From NCBI GenBank assembly GCA_030704615.1, contig CM060731.1, positions 38,378,001 through 38,442,000 of the forward strand: 64,000 nucleotides of DNA, given 5' to 3'. The position numbers and the translations under genes are program-made. Positions 39,940 through 50,359 of this stretch are shown piece after piece; the first letter of the stretch is position 1; each line of letters opens with the position of its first letter. Source of the stretch: Takakia lepidozioides (lineage: Eukaryota; Plantae; Bryophyta). The notes under the pieces are model-generated. The model had not been told where the DNA came from and made no database searches. It was given only the letters and a program-made list of their open reading frames with translations.

Positions 39940-42320
39940 GGAAGATAATAGGAATAATGTAAGAACTTAATGCAAGCGCGTCAGGACGGTCCAGCCCTAA
40001 CACCCGTACCGCCGGTTCTTCGCATCCGGCAGACATCGAAAGGCAGCCGGCTGGGCTCGGTCAATCCCTCCCCACCCCCGCCCTCATCCCATTGGCGTCG
40101 TCGTTCTGCGACACCAGTCCGCCCGCTTCCAGCAGTCCGCCAATTCCCTGTAACCCCTGCCCCGGATTCAACCATCACCCCCATGTAACCCTCTGTAATT
40201 CCGCCGAGTGTAACCATATAACCCCATGACCCTCTATAACCCTCACCACCATGTAACCCTCTGTAACCCATGTAACCCTCTATAACACCGCAGAGTGTCA
40301 CCCCCACCCCTATGTAACCCTCACTCCATGTAACCCTATGTAACCCTTTGTAACCCATGTAATCCTCTGTGACCCTCTGTAACCCATGTAACCCTCTGTG
40401 ACCCTTTGTAACCCTCACCACCATGTAACCCTCTGTAACACCGCAGAGTGTCACCCTCGCCCGTTTGTAACCCTCACTCCATGTAACCCTCTCTGACCCT
40501 CTGTAACCCTCTGTAACACCGCAGAGTGTCACCCTTGCCACCATGTAACCCTCCGTAACCCTCACAAACCCTCTGTAACACCGCAGAGTGTCACCCTCAT
40601 CCCATGTAACCCTCACTCCATGTAACCCTCACAAACCCTCTGTGGCTCTGTAACCCATGTAACCCTCTGTAACCCATGTAACCCTCTGTGACCCTTTGTA
40701 ACCCTCACCACCATGTAACCCTCTGTAACACCGCAGAGTGTCACCCTCACCTCTATGTAACCCTCTCTGACCCTCTGTAACCCGCACCACCATGTAACCC
40801 TCTGTAACCCATGTAACCCTTTGTGACCCTCTATATCCCTCACCGGGTGTAACCCTTACCACCATGTAACCCTCTGTAACACCGCAGAGTGTCACCCTCG
40901 CCACCATGTAACCCTCCATAACCCTCACAAACCCTCTGTGACACCGCAGAGTGTCACCCTCATCCCCATGTAACCCTCACAAACCCTCTGTGGCTCTGTA
41001 ACCCATGTAACCCATGTAACCCTCTGTAACACCGCGGAGTATCACCCTCATCCCTTATGTAACCCTCACTCCATGTAACCCTCTGTAACCCATGTAACCC
41101 TCTTCGACCCTCTATATCCCTCACCAGGTGTAACCCTTACCACCATGTAACCCTCTTTAACACCGCAGAGTGTCACCCTCGCCACCATGTAACCCTCCGT
41201 AACCCTCACAAACCCTCTGTGACACCGCAGAGTGTCACCCTCATCCCCATGTAACCCTCACAAACCCTCTGTGGCTCTGTAACCTATGTAACCCTCTGTA
41301 ACACCGCGGAGTGTCACCCTCACCCCTTATGTAACCCTCTGTAACCCATGTAACCCTCTGTGACCCTTTGTAACCCTCTGTAACACCGCAGAGTGTCACC
41401 CTCACCCCTATGTACCCCTCATTCCATGTAACCCTCTCTGACCCTCTGTAACCCTCACCACCATGTAACTCTCTGTAACCCATGTAACCCTCTGTGACCC
41501 TCTATATCCCTCACCAGGTGTAACCCTTACCACCATGTAACCCTCTGTAACACCGCAGAGTGTCACCCTCGCCACCATGTAACCCTCACTCCATGTAACC
41601 CTCACAAACCCTCTGTGGCTCTGTAACCCATGTAACCCTCTGTAACACTGTAGAGTGTCGCCCTCACCCCTTATGTAACCCTCACTCCATGTAACCCTCT
41701 GTAACCCATGTAACCCTCTGTGACCCTTTGTAACCCTCACCACCATGTAACCCTCTGTAACACCGCAGAGTGTAACCCTCACCCCTATGTACCCCTCATT
41801 CCATGTAACCCTCTCTGACCCTCTGTAACCCTCACCACCATGTAACCCTCTGTAACCCATGTAACCCTCTGTGACCCTCTATATCCCTCACCAGGTGTAA
41901 CCCTTACCACCATGTAACCCTCTGTAACACCACAGAGTGTCACCCTCGCCACCATGTAACCCTCACTCCATGTAACCCTCACAAACCCTCTGTGGCTCTG
42001 TAACCCATGTAACCCTCTGTAACATTGCAGAGTGTCGCCCTTACCCCTTATGTAACCCTCTGTAACCCATGTAACCCTCTGTGACCCTTTGTAACCCTCA
42101 CCACCATGTAACCCTCACTCCATGTAACCCTCTCTGACCCTCTGTAACCCTCACCACCATGTAACCCGCTGTAACCCATGTAACCCTCTGTAACACCGCA
42201 GAGTGTCACCGTCACCCCTATGTAACCCTCACTCCATGTAACCCTCTCTGACCCTCTGTAACCCTCACCACCATGTAACCCGCTGTAACCCATGTAACCC
42301 TCTGTAACACCGCAGAGTGT
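39940..42320. repeat. Left TIR: about 210-bp unique end plus about 2.2-kb modular TGTAACCC array
   Basis: Repeated modules ATGTAACCC, TCTGTAACCC, TCACCACC and ACCGCAGAGTGTCACCC. Reverse complement of the right-end array. Confidence 0.95.
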
Positions 42321-42475
42321 ACATCATACACGTGTAAACTATCCGACAGCCGAATGGAGGTTTAAATAGAGGCCGAAACCCTAATTTGCTCTCTCCATCC
42401 GTTTTTCAGATTCCTCACTTTTTTTTTTGCTTTGGGGCATCAGCTTTCTGCAATTCCCATGGCGCCCAATCGGCT

Positions 42476-42830
42476 TCACACATCAATGCGAAAGATTTGT
42501 AGTTCATTTAGTTCAGTATCGTCATCCCAGCAACATACAAGACAACGCTTTCCGCGCAACGATCCGTCAAATCTATTACTACGGTTTTCTCTACGATTGA
42601 TACGGTTGTCTCTATTCTTTTTCTTTCTCAATGTCATTCTTGTTGTTTTGTCACCGTCCCCGATGGCTATGGTATTCCTAAGATCCGCATTAGGAAAGGG
42701 TTTTGTTTCTTTCGGTCTAGCCATGCAAGCAGCCGCTCATTTGACGGGGTGCCCATTCACTCTCCTCTCGTGTATCTTTTGTTCACACACCAGCCGGGGC
42801 AGCCTACTCATCGCTATTATGGATGCAATA
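42476..42830 (-). pseudogene. Degenerate inverted copy of the N-terminal zinc-finger-like region of the 43623 gene
   Basis: KIHERRVNGHPVK*AAACMARPKETKPFPNADLR...NRRENRSNRF aligns with KVDKSRLNRHIVDGTAACMARPKGTKPFPDAELK...NRGNRSSRF. Has an in-frame stop. Confidence 0.75.
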
Positions 42831-43622
42831 CGTATCGAATCATGCGTGTTTTGCAAGCACTGTCAACCGGTTACATGTCTGATGGTTTATATGACTACCT
42901 CACGTGTGCTATGGTTACACACAGGGGGTTACACGGTGTTTTCTTTCTCAATACATGCTGGCTTGGTAGACGGTTTAGTAATGGAGGTTTAGATGGGGTT
43001 GACATGTTTGATGGGTTACGTGGATGTTGCGCTCGCGGAGCCACATAGGCTAGGGTTACATGGGTGGGGCATTACATTGACCATGTTTACCTGGAGGTTG
43101 CATACTAATGGTTTGATATGACAGGGTTACATCGATGTTGTGTTCGGGAGTCACATAGACTAGGGGTACATGAGGTTGTGACGAAGGGTTACATCATATG
43201 TGGGTACCTGACGGAGGGTTACACTCGACGTGCCTGGCATGCGGGTAACGGCCGGTTTGTCGCGCTCACAAGTGTAGGGTTACGGGTTACACTCCGCTAT
43301 TCCGGGTGACACCGGGATTGCAACTCATACACGTGTGAGTCAGTGCGGATATAATTGATTGCAAGCCGCCAGATTTTAATGAACCGCCGTCTTTCGCTTA
43401 ACCGACGTGCCTTACGGGTGACATCTAGCTAGCTTCGTTCTTCGTTCTTTGATCATTGTTCAGTTTTCCCCTTCTCGCAGCCTTTCCTATTCTTCCTGCA
43501 CTCCTTGTTGTGCGTGCTCCCTGTTGTGCGTTCTTCGGAATTCTCTTGGTCTTGGTCTTTTCTTGTCTTGTCTTTTCTTGCTCTTGCTCTTCTCTTCTCT
43601 TCTGTCAGCTTTTTCTTTTGTC

Positions 43623-46600
43623 ATGGCTGATTGTTATTTGTTCCCTGGAGAGGCTACTATTCCATTTGATCACTTGAAAAGGGATGGCGAACGAGTTCGC
43701 TTCTGGTACACTGAGCATGAGCATGCTACAATGATCGCGTACTGCCACACCAGGTGTAGAGAGGCCAAGGTGGAGGGAGCAAAGGGCCGGCCTAAGTTCA
43801 AATGTCCTTATTGTGGGGCAGTAAAGGTAGATAAGAGCAGATTGAATCGGCATATTGTCGATGGAACGGCCGCATGTATGGCCAGACCGAAAGGAACAAA
43901 ACCGTTTCCTGATGCGGAGCTCAAGCATGCCATGGCTGTTGAAAATGTGATGAATTCTGTTCCAGCTTCTTCTGTTGATGCATATCATGCATGGATTCTG
44001 CAAAATAGGGTGGCTTTGGGTGAGATTGCAGATCCTATTGAAGTGCCTGCTGTTGTACCTTCTTCGGCTATTTCTGCTACAGAGGTTCCATCTTCTGGTG
44101 CTCCTGCTGTTTCTGTCCCTGGTCCTTCTATTCGGCAGGTTTTAACGAGAGAGACAAGCGGCGATTGAGCCCGCCTCTACCTGTCCCTATTGCAAAGAAA
44201 ATCAACATTGGAAACCGGGGAAACCGGAGCTCAAGGTTCATCTTGCGAAAGCGAACTCCAGGCTCAATCCTTCTGCTACCGCATGGCCTTATTCCTCAGT
44301 TCCCATTTCCGAATGTCAATGAGAAGGGGTTTTGGCCGGCATTCCAAGAATTTGTTGCGCGAGGCGAGGGCGCAGTCCATGCGACAGCTGCAAAATCAAG
44401 TTGGGTTCTATCGACAGACAATCAAGTTGGATTCCCTGCCATTTCTCTGTTTTTCAAATTTTGGGCTGTTGTCTATCCATGTAACCCCTTGTGTTACCCC
44501 CCCTGTCTCTCCTGTGGCGTGTAACCCAGAGTGTAACCCACCTACAGAGGACCCCTTTTAAAAACCCCTATGGTGTGTAACCCACCTCTGTGTAACCCCG
44601 TGTAGCCCATCTTGTTTGTAACCCATTTTCATGTGTAACCCCTCGTGCTGTAACCCTTTTTCTCTGGTGTAACCCCTCACGCTGTATTGCGCAGGGACTC
44701 GATATCATCTTAGAAGCGATGATATGGACAGTGTTGTTGCTGCCCACAAGGCGTTTACTGCCCAGCCGGATCATGGTCCGTTAATGATAGAGGAATTGAA
44801 TCGGGTGAAGGAGTATTTAGAGAGCATTGGGCATCCTGACATGCCAAAGCAGAAAAAGAAAAAAGGTGGGAGACTTACACGAGTCCATCGAGAGAGCCAA
44901 GCCTCACATGATGATGACACGATGGACGAACTAGCTGTTGGCAATACCGACCTTGACGATGCCAGAACTTCAAATCCTCTTGTCATCACTATTACTGTAG
45001 ATGGAATCAAAGGTTTGGTTGTTCCAGATCCGTTGGAATTCACTCGTGGTTTTGCCGAAGGATTGATCAGTCAAATGGAGAATCTCACCAAACCGCACAT
45101 TGGACCGCCACCACTCCTTTTGAGAATTCTGGCCCACAACGATGTAAGAAATCATGGCAGGTCAGTTTCCCAAACGCATCCCAGGTTGGGGTTCACGACT
45201 GAACTTCTGGAAAGTGCTCTTACGGCCTCAAAGGTGAAGGACCTGGTCGATGAGTATTACGGCTTTAGTCTGATGTACTTTGCACAACCTGGTGACGGAA
45301 TTGCGACCTTGGATTCTGAGCTCGAAGACTTAAGATCGAGTTTGAGTACAGAAGAGTGGGGTGACCGGTCAATTAAGATCAACGGAGCTATACAGTTTTG
45401 CAAGGCAAGCCGTCGTCGCGCCGCCCATCACTTTGCGATCCAACAGAGAGAATCGTTTATCCAGCTTTGGTGTTGTGGCCTCTTCAGCGAATCACCAACA
45501 GAAATGGACTTCAATGCGCGTTTGGGCATCCAGTATATGAGAGACCTTGGGTCTGTAGTGCCTTGGTATCTCTGTAAGTGTTACTCCATCCACTGTCACC
45601 CCTCTCGTCGTGTAACCCCTTTGTGTGTAATCTTGTAATCATTGTAACCCTCGCTATGTGGAACCTTGTAACTCAGTGTAACCCTCGTTGTGTGTAACCC
45701 TGTAATCAGTGTAACCCTCGCTATGTGGAACCTTGTACTCAGTGTAACCCTCGCTGTGTGTAACCCTGTAATCAGTGTAACCCTCGGAGTATGTAACCCT
45801 GTAATCAGTGTACCCCTAATGGTACCCCTCGCTGTGTTACCCTAGATTTGTTACCCTCTCGTTGTGTAATCTCAGTAGTGTAACCCATGGTAGTGTAACC
45901 CATTGCAAACTACTGTCTCTAACAGGGTGGTGTAACCCACATCGTGTAATCCGAACCACTGTCTTGTCCTAGTCAGTGTAACCCTTACATAGTGTAACCC
46001 TTGCACTTTCAAAAACCTCGTTCCACGACTAAAAACCTTTGTCTTTTCCCCGATGCAGATGAGTCCGAGCTCATGACCAATCAAGTCGCCAATGCGTTCA
46101 AAAACCTTTTTGAGGCTCAACGTGAGCTTCACGAAGTTGTGTATGGGGCCCCTCCACAATGCGATACAGGGGGCGTAGGGGGCGCGCAGACGAGCGATGG
46201 GCCAATTTCCGCCCCGCAGAGCGACGATGTACATGACGAGGACATCATTCCAAGTCAATCTGCCGTTGTATCTTTGTCGCAGGTTGGTGAATTGTACTCA
46301 ACCCAGCTGCACTTAGGGGTGAACCTAGCAGACTTGACGCGGGATTTGCCCATGAATTCTGATACTGATACTGAAGATGATACATCAAGGTGGAACACCC
46401 AAGTGCGAACCTCTTTGTCCGCAGCCCCAGTCATTTCTTTTGAAGGTCTTAATCGAAGAATCGGGGACCCGCTTGACCCAGAGTCTGTGTATGACTTTGA
46501 ATCTGGAGATGCTGGGTTGAACCCTCGATGCAGCAATGTAAGTATTTGTCAGGATCATGTGGTCAACCTCTCTCAGAATGACCCAGCCTTCGTGGGTCCC

Positions 46601-48976
46601 ATTGATGCGCAGGGTGACACTGCAAGGGGAGGATGCCCTGAAACCGAGGGTTACACTGCACCTGAGGGTGACACTGTGCAGAGAGGAGCAACAGGGAAGG
46701 AGGGTTACACTGCACCTCAGGGTGACACTGCGGATACCGGTGTGGCTGACAATGCCGTGAGGGACATTGTCGTGGGTGACACACCATTGCCCTTGAACAC
46801 TGCAACTTCCGTTGAGAGTGACATTGACATGGGTTACACTGATAGGGGTGACACCCCACAGCCAACCCACATGGTAGATGTCAGTGAGTGTAACACTGCC
46901 ATGGATGACATTCCACTACCACTAGTCGTGGAAGGTGACACTCCTTTGCCACGGCCACTAGTCGCGACGGATGACGGTCTTCCGCTAGTCAACATGGTCT
47001 TGGAGGGTGCGGAGAAGGGCGACACAATCAAGGATGGCATTGAGGAGGTTGATGCAAAGAAGAGTGACATCGACATGGGTGACACGGGGAAGGGTGTCAC
47101 CGAGGAGGTTGTCAGTTGGAAGGGTGACACAAAGCAGGGTCACACTGAGAAGCGTTTCACTGTGGAGAGTCACGAAGAGAAGGATGTTGCGGAGCATCTA
47201 GACACTGAGAAGAGTGACACTGCCAAGGGTGACACACATAAGATTGTTACTCAGCAGAGTGACACTGGGAAGGAACCCGATGAGAAGGGTGACACTGCGA
47301 AGAGTGACACTGATAATGCGGCCAAAGAGAAGGGTGACACTGAGAAGGTAGCCGGAGAGAAGGGTGACACTGAGATGCGTGACTCTGAGGAGGTAGCCGA
47401 AGAGAAGGGTGACACTAAGAAGAGTGACACTGAGGAGGTAGCCGAAGAGAAGGGTGACATTGAGAAGGAAGCCGAAGAGAAGGGTGACACTGAGAATCGT
47501 GACACTGAGGAGGTAGCCGAAGAGAAGGGTGACACTAAGAAGCGTGACAAGGGGTTTGAACAGAAGGGTGACACTGACAGGGGTAGCACCGAGGAGGTGA
47601 GCTGTGACACTTCTGCCCTTGGTCAATCACCTCCCCAGCACGTCTCAGACGAGGGAGTGCAGTCTTCAGCACTTGCAGCAAACTCAGAACAAGGCACCTC
47701 TGGCTCAAAAATTCCCCCTACCGGCGGCATTGTCAGGGTTGCAGAGAATCCCAGGAGGTCAAAACGGCCGCCTGCTCAAAGAAAGCGGTTGGCTGAACCC
47801 CCTAGCGCTGACAAAGAAGTATCTGTTCTTGTCGCACCCAAAAAACAGCGAACCAAACCGAAAGGCAAAAGTGCAGGGGTCTCGGAGGTTGACGTTGTCC
47901 AGCAGCAAGAGGTCCTTGCCAAGCACTTGCGGGAGCGTTCGAGGTACCTCATTGTACTTTGACAAAGTTCAGAATGTGTCGGACCCTCCTGGGGCGCCCG
48001 AAGTGAAGTTTTATTATGGCGATGCCTTCCTGGCTTCTAGTCCGTTACAGTTTTACTTGGAAGAGACAGATTTTGAGCCGATGTATAAAATAAGAGCAAC
48101 TGTCACAGATGCATTGCTCTCGGGTTACAACAAACTTCTGGAGGCCAAATTGTTTAAGGCTATCGCACCTGAGTTTGTCATCTGTGCTCCTTTCCAATGG
48201 CATGTCATGCGTACCAATGGTAACGATCTGCAGACGCTATTCGGGTTGGTGCAAGAATGGTACACTCAGGATGCCCGAGGGATGGTGTTCACAAAGAATC
48301 GAGATCTTGTGGACGTGGTTGTCATCCCTATTGTCTTCGAGTAAGTAATTTCAGCGTTGACTGAGCATGTTGGGTTACACTCCTCTATTCTAGACTGAGT
48401 TGCACTAGTGACTGCTGACTAGTTGTGTAACACCGTTTAGAGTTACAGTACAAAGGGTTACACTATGGGTTACACCACAGCCGGGTTACACCACAATGGG
48501 TTTCATTGGAGATGTTTTTTTCTATTCTGACGTAACGGCTTTGTTTGTGTTGCAGTGATCACTGGAGTGTTGCTGTTTTAGAGCGCCGAGGTCGGATAGT
48601 ACATTTGGACTCCCATAAAACCATTGCCCGACCCAAACTCATTGAAGGAATTTTGCGAAATTTTGCCATAGCGTTCTTTGATTTCATGCCTGGATCTGAT
48701 GACTTCAGTTACGTCATGGAGAGGATGGAATGGTTTGAGGCCAGTGTCCCCCAGCAACGGAGCTGTTGGGAGTGCGGCTATTATGCACTTTGTTTTGTGC
48801 AATTTTACTTGGAGTGGAAGTTCAATGTGAAAACCACAGAAGATCGAACCCGTCATAGGCGGGCGTTTACTGCAAGTTGGTTCAACGAGTCAACCATGAT
48901 AGCTTCCCGTACTCATATGATTAGTTGGCTGTGTGACGAGATGGACAAAGACTTGGTCAGATGGCCAAAGAAATAA
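43623..48976 (+). CDS. TE-encoded multidomain protein: N-terminal C2H-type zinc-finger-like motif, unknown central domain, acidic KGDT repeats, C-terminal Ulp1/C48 SUMO-protease domain; exons about 43623-44019, 44139-~44400, 44695-45573, 46059-48340 (frame change near 47950), 48556-48976
   Basis: KFKCPYCGAVKVDKSRLNRHIVDG at the N-terminus. Ulp1 catalytic signature IPIVF-DDHWSVAVL...HLDS...QQRSCWECGYYAL (His, Asp, Gln, Cys). Introns 44020-44138, 45574-46058 and 48341-48555 are GT-AG and phase-consistent. The second donor and the 47950 junction are uncertain. Confidence 0.75.
47010..47610 (+). repeat. Coding minisatellite with a 15-bp unit (AAGGGTGACACTGAG) encoding KGDT/KSDT repeats
   Basis: Read directly. 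Higher 30- and 45-bp periodicity (EKGDTEKVAG, EKGDTKKSDTEEVAE). Confidence 0.9.
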
Positions 48977-50359
48977 ATAGCGTCTCTTGATGCATTTTTG
49001 CTTCTATGTGGTTTGTTCGTAACACTTCACAGTTTGGGTTTCATGCAATGGGCTTACATGGGGTTACACCTTATAAGGTTACATGAAGTGGAATCATAGA
49101 CAAGTACTTGGGTACACCTTTGGGCCCTGGGGCAATGGGCTTACACTCTGTGGGTTCACACATAAGTGATGGGTTACACCATGCCGGGTCTCACAACGTG
49201 GGGTTACATTATGGGTTACATACAATGGGCCTAGGGTTACATGGTTGGGCCTTCCTGGCTATGTCAGGGTCACGTTGCTGAAACAGTATACTTTCGTGGC
49301 ATGTAACCCCACCTCGACTATGCGCATTTGTTTTATTTTTTATTTTTTTCGCACTGAAGTGTTTGTGCACTGAAGTTCTCAGATTTATACTACATGGGGT
49401 TACATACATGAGGGCTATGTACAATGGGTTACATACGATGGGGTCACAATAGTGTGGGGGTAACATCTGGTCGGGCTACATACTTCTTGGAGTTACAACA
49501 CTCTGGGTTACACTCACTCAAGAGGGTTACACAGTTCTAAGTTACACTGTGCACAATGAAAGTGGGCAGGGTTGCCTATACAAGGGCTACGTGTCGTGGG
49601 GATACATAAGATGGGGTGATGTAGCATCGGGGTTTATAGCGTGCACCCCAAATTGTACAATGGGTTACATGCGATGGGGTGACATCAATGGGGGTTACAT
49701 GTGGTCGGGATACATACTTCTTGGGGTTACACAACAACAAGTTACACTCCGGAGGGCTACACTGGTCCATAACATAGGTTGAACGGAATGATTATCTATC
49801 TCATGGATTACACGTCCATGGGTTACACACAAATTGGGTTACACATAGAGGGGTTACACATACAGGGGCTAGTGTTGGTGACTAAAGGTGCTCGACTTCA
49901 GCATCTTCCCACTCTGTATTGAAGGGTCATGTAACCCCGGCAGACTAACCCAGACCCTGTAGTCACATTGTAGTCATCGACTTATAATTCTCAGAGTTAC
50001 ACCACTGACAGCAATATTCTATGGGGTTACATACTGGGTTACACTGTTGATAGTTACATTGCAGTTACACTTGGAGTTACACCACAATGAGTTACACTGA
50101 AGAGGTTCACACTCATCTGTGTCACTGTGTGGAGTACCACAGATGCGAGTTACACTAAGTAGAGCTATGTTACGTTATGAAACCCCAGACAGTGTAACCC
50201 TGCGGTGTGTCACCCCGGCCCATGGGTGTCCCATTGAGTGGGTTACATAGGTTGAATGTGGATGGAATGGCAAAGTGAATAACAACCCATGAACAGACAT
50301 GTACTTCATATTAAACTTGGTGATCACAAAATAAGTGTCATTGCCAATGGACTCAATGG

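Noticed and set aside
39981-42293. ORFs of the RVTEGYM type (also 54239-57367)
   Set aside because: These are translations of the non-coding repeat arrays that happen to lack stops.
40150-42320. CRISPR-like array or true telomere/interstitial telomere
   Set aside because: There are no unique spacers and no cas genes, and the context is eukaryotic. The repeats are not pure TTTAGGG/TTAGGG and are enclosed by TIR ends and a TSD.
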